A stretch of DNA of 64,000 nucleotides from positions 9,678 through 73,677 of the IMG/VR virus record IMGVR_UViG_3300022173_000041; one strand, 5' to 3'. The translations under genes were made by a program, and so were the position numbers. The notes under the pieces were generated by a model. That model had not been told where the DNA came from. It was given only the letters and a program-made list of their open reading frames with translations, and did not search any database. This DNA comes from a virus (Duplodnaviria > Caudoviricetes). Positions 45,093 to 52,885 of this stretch are shown piece by piece (within the stretch, counting starts at the first letter, position 1; the number at the start of each line of letters is the position of its first letter).

Positions 45093-45307
45093 TGACGGAG
45101 ACATGGAACTGCGATGGATGCGGTACCCATCGCAAGAGATTGGGGAGCGGGGATTATTGCCGGGATTGCGTGAAGAGGTTCAGCGCTGCCAGACGATACA
45201 ATCGGCGCCAAGAGCAGTTTGAGACTGAGCTTCTTACAAAGCAGATTGATACGAGGGATTACGAGGACGCGATGCGAGCCGAAGAAATCATGGAGGGGCT
45301 GAAATGA
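45089..45307 (+). CDS. Tagged small Zn-ribbon protein (DYEDAMRAEEIMEGL)
   Basis: CDGC...CRDC; 72 aa. Confidence 0.75.
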   Translation: MMTETWNCDGCGTHRKRLGSGDYCRDCVKRFSAARRYNRRQEQFETELLTKQIDTRDYEDAMRAEEIMEGLK

Positions 45308-45426
45308 AATTAGATGTGGTTGGCGTCTTGATGGTCTTAACCGCGCTACTCGCCAGCGCCTACATAATTACCTTGGCAGATAGATCGTATTCAGAACGAC
45401 GCATGGAGATAAGTAAATGCCGTTAG
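45304..45426 (+). CDS. 40-aa membrane peptide
   Basis: ATGA overlap; N-terminal TM. Confidence 0.5.
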   Translation: MKLDVVGVLMVLTALLASAYIITLADRSYSERRMEISKCR

Positions 45427-45482
45427 TGGCGTCGGCGGGAACAAAGCCAAATAATAAACACAATTAAGGGGGAGTGTGCGTG

Positions 45483-45767
45483 ATGAATGGAATGTCTGAT
45501 CGCTGGTTTACCCTGTGCAAACAGTACAAGAACTATTCGGTCGAAATCAGGAACCGAATAGACGATATCTATGAACCGGAACGCGAGGAAATTCACAAAC
45601 TCTATGAGACCGGCGGAAGAAGCGCGAGGTTCGATCTGTACTCAAATGCTTTGGAGAAAGCCATCTGGTCAGTAACCGGTACTGGACCTGAAGCCGTATT
45701 CGGTACTTCTCATGAAGAATACGAAGAAGCAATGCGAGCTGAAGAACTCATGGAGGGCTTGAAGTGA
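45483..45767 (+). CDS. Tagged small protein (EYEEAMRAEELMEGL)
   Basis: 94 aa; GGGGAG RBS. Confidence 0.75.
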   Translation: MNGMSDRWFTLCKQYKNYSVEIRNRIDDIYEPEREEIHKLYETGGRSARFDLYSNALEKAIWSVTGTGPEAVFGTSHEEYEEAMRAEELMEGLK

Positions 45768-46027
45768 CAGTGAGAGAGCCAAGCGAGAAGTGGGGGCGGG
45801 CAGTGACCCGGTACAGCGCCCTACCTACAATTCTCCAGCACAAAATTGCAGATGCATACAAGCCATACCATGACGGCAATGATGATCATTTCTATGACAA
45901 GTGCGCCGACAATCTGGAAGCCGCAATCAATGCTCACTTTGGCGAGCTGATAGTATCTTTAACGCAAGAAGCCGACGCATACGATGAAGCTATGCGAGCT
46001 GACACCATCATGGAAGAACTAGGGTGA
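45764..46027 (+). CDS. Tagged small protein (AYDEAMRADTIMEEL)
   Basis: 87 aa; GTGA overlap. Confidence 0.75.
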   Translation: MTVREPSEKWGRAVTRYSALPTILQHKIADAYKPYHDGNDDHFYDKCADNLEAAINAHFGELIVSLTQEADAYDEAMRADTIMEELG

Positions 46028-46031
46028 TACC

Positions 46032-46268
46032 GTGGCTAACGAGGGACTGAGTAGGTGGTATCTGGACGGATACCGCGCCCGCATGAAGAGAACCCCAAGA
46101 GAGAACAATCCAAGACATAGATACCGTGGAAAACCTAACTCAGTGAAGGCTGTTCGTTGGGATCAGGGCTGGCAAGCCGCTGACGATCATCTCCAGCCAG
46201 TTATTAAGTGGGATCAAGAACAGGATATTATCGATGCCCTCCAAGAAGAAGCGACTTCCTATACTTGA
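46032..46268 (+). CDS. Small protein with ribosome-modulation-factor-like GY...NP...W.QGW pattern and acidic tail
   Basis: YLDGYRAR...NP...RWDQGWQAA. Confidence 0.55.
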   Translation: MANEGLSRWYLDGYRARMKRTPRENNPRHRYRGKPNSVKAVRWDQGWQAADDHLQPVIKWDQEQDIIDALQEEATSYT

Positions 46269-46587
46269 ACCAATTCCGGCGCCGGATGGAAAGACCAAAG
46301 CTTTCTTGAAGGGATGGGATGCCAGAATGGCTAACAAGCCACGTTCTGTCGCGCCTGAATCAACTATTTACAAAAGGGTCAGGGTGGGTGGAATGTTAAC
46401 TTGGGAATTTAATAATGATACTAGGGTGAGGTCATCCCGCGTCAGGAAACAATGGATCACTGGATACACCTCTGCATCCCGCGAGATAGGCAAGCAGCAC
46501 AGAGCAATCGCTCATGCCGCTGAAACCAAGCGCATGAATGAAGAGAACGATATCTTTGCCGAGCTTGGAGAGGAATTCGCTGCCTGA
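46234..46587 (+). CDS. Small protein with GW.AR...QWITGY pattern and acidic tail
   Basis: 117 aa; resembles the upstream ORF in pattern. Confidence 0.55.
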   Translation: MPSKKKRLPILEPIPAPDGKTKAFLKGWDARMANKPRSVAPESTIYKRVRVGGMLTWEFNNDTRVRSSRVRKQWITGYTSASREIGKQHRAIAHAAETKRMNEENDIFAELGEEFAA

Positions 46588-46647
46588 TCCTTGAATAGAC
46601 ACAAATTGTGTTTACGTAACTTAATACGCCAATCAAGAGGGAACACC

Positions 46648-46917
46648 ATGTCGAAAGAAGAAGAGAAGAAGATCATCACGCTCAAGCTGGATCAGGCTGA
46701 GCTGGCTGTTCGTATTGTCGAGGCCATGACGGATACCGCGCGACCGGAGGGACGTACCCCGGAAGAGTGTCTTGAAGACATCTCCGAGGAAGGAAGACAG
46801 TCTGCCCTGAATGCTGCCTTCGCGGCTGCCACTTACTTTGTGGAAGTCATGAAGGGGGAAATCCCCAACGTCACCAGCGAGAAGATCAAAAAGAGCGACG
46901 GTCGTTGGTCTAACTGA
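46648..46917 (+). CDS. Hypothetical protein
   Basis: 89 aa; AAGAGGG RBS. Confidence 0.7.
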   Translation: MSKEEEKKIITLKLDQAELAVRIVEAMTDTARPEGRTPEECLEDISEEGRQSALNAAFAAATYFVEVMKGEIPNVTSEKIKKSDGRWSN

Positions 46918-47189
46918 TGGGCTCCAAGGGATCATCTTCCGCTGTGTCCACTAGCAATGCTCAAAGCCTATTCCAGACAGTGGAAGGCTGGCGCGAATAC
47001 TGCCGTCGTGTGGAGCTGCTACACAACATGCCAACTGATGGCCAGAGGCAGGCCATCATCAATGAAATACACCAGCAGGAAAACGGCCATCTTTCTGGCC
47101 TTATTAACGCGCAAGAATACCAAGACATCATGAAAGCCAACGAGCTTTATGAAAAGCTCATTAACGAGGGAAACGAAAATGACGAGTAA
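46917..47189 (+). CDS. Tagged small protein (EYQDIMKANELYEKL)
   Basis: 90 aa; TGATG coupling. Confidence 0.65.
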   Translation: MGSKGSSSAVSTSNAQSLFQTVEGWREYCRRVELLHNMPTDGQRQAIINEIHQQENGHLSGLINAQEYQDIMKANELYEKLINEGNENDE

Positions 47190-47487
47190 GGAAGAATTCG
47201 AAGCGATGGCGAAGCTTGGTGGCCTTTGTGATCCCAAGGTCCCGCAGAGCGCGCGGGACGCCACCTTCGCGATGATGAAGATCATCCAAGACAGCCAGAA
47301 CCCGGCAGATGTCTCTTTGGCCGTCTGTATGGGTCTGTCTTATGCCTTGGCGGTATCCAAGGACGAAACCAAGACCATGGAGGTAATCGTAGCGACTGCC
47401 CTCCAGATGAAAGAGGAACTTCTGAAACTGAAGCCCACCATCGACAAGCTCTTCTCTGAGATGGTCAAGAAGGGAGAAGTCCAGTGA
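47179..47487 (+). CDS. Hypothetical helical protein
   Basis: 102 aa; GAGGG RBS. Confidence 0.65.
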   Translation: MTSKEEFEAMAKLGGLCDPKVPQSARDATFAMMKIIQDSQNPADVSLAVCMGLSYALAVSKDETKTMEVIVATALQMKEELLKLKPTIDKLFSEMVKKGEVQ

Positions 47488-47960
47488 AAAGCGCAAAGCA
47501 AATGCTGGATCACATGGCTGGTTTCGCCAAGCACATCTTCGATAGCACTTCAGATCATGAAGTGATCCCGATGTGGGTGGTCGAAAGCGAAACCGAAGTG
47601 GTGCCGATACTGGCGCCATTCTCCGGTGATGACGAGAAGAACGCTTCAATTGCATTCGTCCGCGAGAAGGCCAAAAGCATGAATGCCAATGTCGTTGGCT
47701 TCATGTGCGAGGCTTGGGTGGTCGAGAAGATCGGCGCCGATATCGATGAGGCTGAGAAGATCATCCCAAGTGAACACGATGACCGACGTGAGATTATCCA
47801 AATCCACGCGGAAGATCGTGACGGCAACGTGGCGATTGGTTCCTATTACATTCTTCGCCCCGAGCATGGAACGCCAAAGCTTTCTCCCTTCAGGTTATAC
47901 GATGATGACATGAAGATTGGTGGCCGCTTCACGTCAATTCTGGAAAAGGTAAAGCATTAA
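47484..47960 (+). CDS. Hypothetical protein
   Basis: 158 aa; GFMCEAWVV...PSEHDDRREII. Confidence 0.7.
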   Translation: MKSAKQMLDHMAGFAKHIFDSTSDHEVIPMWVVESETEVVPILAPFSGDDEKNASIAFVREKAKSMNANVVGFMCEAWVVEKIGADIDEAEKIIPSEHDDRREIIQIHAEDRDGNVAIGSYYILRPEHGTPKLSPFRLYDDDMKIGGRFTSILEKVKH

Positions 47961-47961
47961 C

Positions 47962-48249
47962 ATGGCCGACAAAGTGGACGTGAAAGAAAGCGTTTTGCAT
48001 ATTCTGGAAGACCTGAAGGGAGGGCCGGGGGCTTCCGGTCTCATCAATGATGTCTCCAGTCTATTTGATAATCTTCCAATGGATTACGTTCAAGATACGT
48101 TGAGTGTGCTGCTCGCATTTGCCATCGACAACGCGGAGGACAAGCAAGCCGCCTACGCGAGGGTCAAGGAAGTCATTGAGACACTGGCTCACTTTGGCGA
48201 GCCTTCTTTCAGGGAAACGTTGAGGAAAATCAAGGAAAGGCCGCACTAA
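47962..48249 (+). CDS. Hypothetical protein
   Basis: 95 aa. Confidence 0.6.
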   Translation: MADKVDVKESVLHILEDLKGGPGASGLINDVSSLFDNLPMDYVQDTLSVLLAFAIDNAEDKQAAYARVKEVIETLAHFGEPSFRETLRKIKERPH

Positions 48250-48530
48250 TGAAAGCTGGACCACAACAGGACCTGAAGGCGTTCTCCTGCCCTGTGTGCG
48301 AGAAGGTGCTGGACGCTTGCTCCGTTATCAACGAAGATGGCAGTAAGGCGTTGCCAGCCAAGGGTGACGTGTCGGTGTGCGCCTACTGCGGCAACCTGAT
48401 GATCTTTGATGGCAAAAGCCTCGAACCGAGAGAGCTGACCCAGAAAGAACACGCCACCGTCATGGCCGATCCTTACTTTCACAAGAGCATGGAAGTGATC
48501 GATGTTTTCAAAAAAAGGTTTCGGCATTGA
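48249..48530 (+). CDS. Zn-ribbon protein
   Basis: CPVC...SVCAYCG. Confidence 0.7.
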   Translation: MKAGPQQDLKAFSCPVCEKVLDACSVINEDGSKALPAKGDVSVCAYCGNLMIFDGKSLEPRELTQKEHATVMADPYFHKSMEVIDVFKKRFRH

Positions 48531-48546
48531 TTATAAAATTCAATCA

Positions 48547-48759
48547 ATGGAAGATAAGCAAAGAATTCAGCGCATCCTGATCGAAATCGAGCAAGATCGC
48601 GCAAGGAATAAAAAAGAAACCGCCGCCAAGATGGAGATTGAGCTTAAGCTTTCTCTTCTGGAAAAAGAGTATCGCGAGGCTCTAAAGGCTCAAGAGATCA
48701 TGGACGGACTTGATGAAGAAGAAACCACGCCGCCTAGCCCCTCCGAAACTCCCAAGTAA
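48547..48759 (+). CDS. Tagged coiled-coil protein (EYREALKAQEIMDGL)
   Basis: 70 aa; start uncertain. Confidence 0.6.
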   Translation: MEDKQRIQRILIEIEQDRARNKKETAAKMEIELKLSLLEKEYREALKAQEIMDGLDEEETTPPSPSETPK

Positions 48760-48961
48760 AGAATACCGAGCGATCTGGAGGGTGGTGGATGGCGCCATCA
48801 GAAATGCGCTTGACATGCATCCTGACTACCTTACGAAGAAAGGGTCGGACCGATCCGCCGCGCGTATGTCTATCGCGAAGCGTGTTGTCGGTGCGGTACT
48901 GGGCTTCCAAGCCGAAAGGCTTAAGAAGGGTCGCTCTGGGGGAGCCTCCAGCGACCAATAG
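48710..48961 (+). CDS. Hypothetical protein
   Basis: WRVVDGAIRNALDMHPDYLT..G...SIAKRVVGAVLG. Confidence 0.55.
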   Translation: MMKKKPRRLAPPKLPSKEYRAIWRVVDGAIRNALDMHPDYLTKKGSDRSAARMSIAKRVVGAVLGFQAERLKKGRSGGASSDQ

Positions 48962-49169
48962 GAGTGTTGGGTTAGTTACGGCCCCACCTCCAGTCGTCGT
49001 GGTCTATACACCCATGACGGGCAGTCGTGTTTTGCTATGGACGCATGACTGCCAAGCCATCGCTACGCTAAATGGCGATGACGATTGCCATCTGCGACGA
49101 TGGCGATAAAGAGAGCGGAGGGGGCGTTGTAAGGCGCCCCCTCTACCTTGAGAGAAAGGATCAGAGGGA

Positions 49170-49619
49170 ATGCCCGAGAGTTACCTCCAGCAGCTTCAAA
49201 AAGAGCGCAAAGCCAGACTTAAACGCTTCTCAGATGCCTCAGTCGAAAAGCCACCACCGCCCAAGCAGGTTGTTACAAATCCTACAATCGAAGAAGAGAA
49301 CCCCACCGAAAGCATCGAACAGGTTCTGACCCGGCTAGAGGGGAACTTCAAAACTATCTTCAAGGAGGTTTGTAGATATTACAATATCTCCATGCTGGAC
49401 GTGATGTCTTCGCGCCGCACACTAAAGATAGCCATGGCCCGCCATGTTGTTGCCTACATCGCCAGTCAACATACCAACCTGTCCCTGTCTCAAATCGCAC
49501 TTAGATTGGGTCGGGACCGCAGCACCGTAAGCCACGCGATATCGCGGGTGAAGGAGCTGATGCATACTGATAGGTTGCCAGCAGACATCGCCACCATCAA
49601 GCAAAGGCTTGGGATATGA
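49170..49619 (+). CDS. Protein with DnaA domain-IV (C-terminal HTH) only
   Basis: VCRYYNIS..DVMSSRR....ARHVVAY...TNLSLSQIA..LGRDRSTVSHA. Confidence 0.85.
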   Translation: MPESYLQQLQKERKARLKRFSDASVEKPPPPKQVVTNPTIEEENPTESIEQVLTRLEGNFKTIFKEVCRYYNISMLDVMSSRRTLKIAMARHVVAYIASQHTNLSLSQIALRLGRDRSTVSHAISRVKELMHTDRLPADIATIKQRLGI

Positions 49620-49927
49620 GCGCCTTTCAAATCGTCGTATGGGGATTTTTTGCTCTAGGAATTCTTGGCGTATGCATTGCCTTTACTAAACTGGCGATAG
49701 ACTATCGGCGCCATCTCAGGGAAGAGCAAGAACATGAACGCATTATGTCTGAGATGCGAGACCGTGTTTTCGAGCAGCATGAAGCCAAGAGAATAAAGAA
49801 AGAAGAGAGCGACCGGCTGATAGCCAAACGTCAGTTGGATAGAATGAACTACCGAGAATACACAGACGCCATAAAAGCAGAAGAGATTATGGCAGCTTTA
49901 GAGAGGGAACAAAATGTCAAAGGATAA
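49616..49927 (+). CDS. TM-anchored tagged protein (EYTDAIKAEEIMAAL)
   Basis: N-terminal TM, coiled coil. Confidence 0.7.
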   Translation: MSAFQIVVWGFFALGILGVCIAFTKLAIDYRRHLREEQEHERIMSEMRDRVFEQHEAKRIKKEESDRLIAKRQLDRMNYREYTDAIKAEEIMAALEREQNVKG

Positions 49928-50276
49928 CTGGAAAGCCGGGATCGAAAACATCGAACAGATGGAGCGCGATGGTCTGGCCCAACTAACAGACGACGAGAGC
50001 GTTCTGGATCAATGCTCACATCATGTTTGCCTGCGCGTTTCGCCAGAAGCTCTGGCTCGTATCCCAGATGCGTGGGTAGACCAGACAGCATTCGGAGAAT
50101 GCTCAGAGTGCGGAGAGAAGATATTCTTCCGCAACAACGCTCCAAAGAACGCGGTCAGAATATGTTATGACTGCGCTGGCGACTTATTGTCGGCAGATGA
50201 GAACCCGATACTGATATCACGCAAAAGCGCTGTTGATGAGATCAAAGGCTTTATCAAGAAGAAGGAGCAACACTAA
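49914..50276 (+). CDS. Zn-ribbon protein
   Basis: CSECG...ICYDCA. Confidence 0.65.
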   Translation: MSKDNWKAGIENIEQMERDGLAQLTDDESVLDQCSHHVCLRVSPEALARIPDAWVDQTAFGECSECGEKIFFRNNAPKNAVRICYDCAGDLLSADENPILISRKSAVDEIKGFIKKKEQH

Positions 50277-50803
50277 TGCAGACGTTCGATCTTTTGGGAC
50301 AATTGTTCCTGTACTTCACTGCTGGCGTCTTCTGGGGATGGAAGACTTATGACTTCGCCACGGACTTTCTGGAGAAGCGCCGCGTCAAGAACAACATGAC
50401 TGCTTTCATCAATAGGATGAGGACTGACGCCGCGCCTACTCTTGATAGGCTGATCAAGGAAGCCAGAGAGCAAGTCAAAAAGCCGAAAGGTGAGCCTGTG
50501 GTCCAGACTTTCAAATGGCGCCATGGAGGGAAGATCAACGAAGTCAAGATCGTGATCGACCCTGACCTTGATAGCTCCATCCCGGGCACCAGCGATGAGT
50601 TTGAGGAGCTGATAAAGAACGGGGACGCTGGTAAGCTGGAGGACCTTCTAAACAACATTGCCCAGCCTTCCGAGAAGAAGAAGATGGCAGAGGTTGATCA
50701 GTTTACCTTCTCGCCTCATTCTGTGGCCCAGATGAAGCTAGTTGGGATGTCCCCTGACGAGCTGGTGGTCAAGATGCTGAAAGCTGCCGGGAGAATGGAT
50801 TGA
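50276..50803 (+). CDS. TM-anchored hypothetical protein
   Basis: 175 aa, N-terminal TM. Confidence 0.7.
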   Translation: MQTFDLLGQLFLYFTAGVFWGWKTYDFATDFLEKRRVKNNMTAFINRMRTDAAPTLDRLIKEAREQVKKPKGEPVVQTFKWRHGGKINEVKIVIDPDLDSSIPGTSDEFEELIKNGDAGKLEDLLNNIAQPSEKKKMAEVDQFTFSPHSVAQMKLVGMSPDELVVKMLKAAGRMD

Positions 50804-50979
50804 GAGACCCACAAGGACGCCCGATTAGGCGACCAGAGCTGAAGCGATATAGCCGCGCCAAATTCGTGGAGAGCGGCTATATCATTCCTCGCCTGCAAGA
50901 CAAGAAGGTAGATACCCATGCTGTTGGCTTCACGGCTGAACTTCTCGCCCAGTCATATGAAGAGGGCGAGGGGGATTAA
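50800..50979 (+). CDS. Small hypothetical protein (59 aa)
   Basis: TTGA overlap with the upstream stop; open frame to TAA. Confidence 0.35.
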   Translation: MRDPQGRPIRRPELKRYSRAKFVESGYIIPRLQDKKVDTHAVGFTAELLAQSYEEGEGD

Positions 50980-51436
50980 GGGGCTCTACAGGGCCAAGGC
51001 TCTGGAGCCCCTCACTTCCGGTAATGGTATTGACCAAACACCCAGCCCGGGTACAGTAGCCTCCAGTAGTCCATATGGAGGCTTAGTGACCATGAGCAAC
51101 AACGCCTATACCGGGTACACCGCAACTCTTCAAAACCTTCAGGCTGTTTATCCCTACAATGGGTCCGTCGCCACCGCTGGGTATCAGCAGGCATATGTGA
51201 CTGGAACTACCGCCGCTGGAACCGTAGGAGGGCCGTTCCCTGCCACATGGAGCGGCTGGGTTACGGCGCCTAATACCAACGCGGTACTGGGCCAAGCCGG
51301 AAGTTTCCCCGGGGCATACATTCTGCCAGCAGAGCCTATCTACACCATGAACCCGCCCTCCCGCGAGGACTTCACGGAAGACGAGATTAACCGGGCGCTG
51401 GAAATCATTGACGAGCTGGAAGTCCGGTATGCCTAA
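50918..51436 (+). CDS. Low-complexity protein with F-type tag (DFTEDEINRALEIIDEL); true start probably downstream
   Basis: Thr/Gly/Ala-rich body. Confidence 0.55.
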   Translation: MLLASRLNFSPSHMKRARGIKGLYRAKALEPLTSGNGIDQTPSPGTVASSSPYGGLVTMSNNAYTGYTATLQNLQAVYPYNGSVATAGYQQAYVTGTTAAGTVGGPFPATWSGWVTAPNTNAVLGQAGSFPGAYILPAEPIYTMNPPSREDFTEDEINRALEIIDELEVRYA

Positions 51437-51839
51437 AGGCGTCCCCGGTCCTGTCTACACCAACGAGCATCAGGCGCTTCACCAGCGCCTGCGTTGGCTC
51501 CGACAGAACATGCAGCCCTACATGACCCAAGAACAGCTCGCCACAGCCTCTGGGGTGAGCCTCTCATTCATTAAATCGTATGAGGTTGGCGGTGTCGCCC
51601 ATATGAGTACCGACACCATCAGGAAGCTCGCCCACGGCCTTGGCTGCAAGATGACTATTCGCCTGATGCGAGTAAGTGATCGAGAGATAATCGACTGCCT
51701 GACGGAAGGTCCACCTTTGCCCGCCGTCCCAAAACGTCCGGATAAAATTTCGGTGGAAGCCCGAACGCGGGCCTTATCACGCGAACGTTCTCCTTGGTCA
51801 GAAGCTCGCCAGCAGCGATTGGCGCGACGACGTAAATAG
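51429..51839 (+). CDS. XRE-family HTH regulator
   Basis: LRWLR...MTQEQLATASGVSLSFIKSYEVG...STDTIRKLAHGLG. Confidence 0.8.
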   Translation: MPKGVPGPVYTNEHQALHQRLRWLRQNMQPYMTQEQLATASGVSLSFIKSYEVGGVAHMSTDTIRKLAHGLGCKMTIRLMRVSDREIIDCLTEGPPLPAVPKRPDKISVEARTRALSRERSPWSEARQQRLARRRK

Positions 51840-52707
51840 AACGCCGGAACTTCAAATTAGGCTCTTGGACTTTGGAGAAAGATGGTTGGGTAGCTTGCCA
51901 AGCTGCTTTGCAGGAAGCTGCTAGTTCAGCAAATTCCAAGGGCTCAAGGCTAAAAGCACTATCAGGACCCCCATCAGACCGACGTAGCGTAAGATGCTTT
52001 TCAATGATAGTGGCTCCAAACGCCACGGCAGCAACGCTAACCCCCACACCAAGAGTATGATCGCTAAGGCCGACCACATGCCTACCTCCCATCAGTTCGC
52101 TGAGTGGACCCAAGGCCGGTAAGTTGGACTGGTCTGCTGGCGCCGGATAGGCGCTGACGCAATGCAACAGAGCGATATCCTCGTTGCCTGCGCGCCCCCT
52201 AACAGTCCTTACCGCCGTGCAAATCTCCGTCGTGTTTGCCATCCCGGTGGATATGATGACGGGACGCTTCGTTTCGGCAATTCGTGCGAGTAGAGGAACA
52301 TCAGTAATTTCAAAGCTCGCCACCTTGTAAGCGTTAGGAGAAAGATGCTCCAAGAGGCTGACCGAGCTTTCATCGAATACGGATGCGAATATTTCCAGCC
52401 CGCGAACAGTACGAGCATAATCAAATACTCGCTCCATCCACTCAAAAGGAGTATGCGCTTCCGCATAGAGATCATAAAGCGTTCGCCCAGCCCACGGTCC
52501 TTCCTTGATGAGAAAGTCATCGCTATCGCTCTTCATGGTCATGGTATCAGGCGTGTAGCACTGAAGTTTTACAGCGTCGGCGCCAGCGAACTTGGCTTCG
52601 TCAATCAGCCTGAAGACATTGTTGATGTCGCCAAGATGATTACCGCTCAGCTCCGCTATCAGGTACGGCGGCTGACTTATCGAGATTTCGCGGTTTCCAA
52701 TCTTCAT
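51655..52707 (-). CDS. pseI: Nonulosonic acid synthase (NeuB/PseI family) with SAF domain
   Basis: LIAELSGNHLG, ADAVKLQCYTPDT, YKVASFE, LHCVSAYP, GLSDHT, IIEKH, FRRSIYV, RVIRPAFGLPP. Confidence 0.9.
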   Translation of the reverse strand: MKIGNREISISQPPYLIAELSGNHLGDINNVFRLIDEAKFAGADAVKLQCYTPDTMTMKSDSDDFLIKEGPWAGRTLYDLYAEAHTPFEWMERVFDYARTVRGLEIFASVFDESSVSLLEHLSPNAYKVASFEITDVPLLARIAETKRPVIISTGMANTTEICTAVRTVRGRAGNEDIALLHCVSAYPAPADQSNLPALGPLSELMGGRHVVGLSDHTLGVGVSVAAVAFGATIIEKHLTLRRSDGGPDSAFSLEPLEFAELAASCKAAWQATQPSFSKVQEPNLKFRRSIYVVAPIAAGELLTKENVRVIRPAFGLPPKFYPDVLGRRAKVDLPSGSRLSLDHLLASGE

Positions 52708-52885
52708 CTGCCATAGCCCTCATCAGTCTGGACACTTCAAGGTCCATTATTAAAATCTTGCCCAGCGCCTCTTTGGTGGCCTTGGGATTAGCCTTCATGG
52801 CTATCTTCAGGATATCCATCCAGTTCTGGTTATTGTGAGCGCGAACGCGACCTATCTGGTCAAGAATTTGATCGTCTGTTGTCAT
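52640..52885 (-). CDS. Small helical protein in the sugar locus
   Basis: ILDQIGRVRAHNNQNWMDILKIA; ATGA coupling. Confidence 0.6.
   Translation of the reverse strand: MTTDDQILDQIGRVRAHNNQNWMDILKIAMKANPKATKEALGKILIMDLEVSRLMRAMADEDWKPRNLDKSAAVPDSGAER

Noticed and set aside
44032-46027. Tag as a type VII secretion YxxxD/E signal
   Set aside because: Residue Y+4 is M, L or I, not D/E, and no WXG100 or T7SS genes are seen
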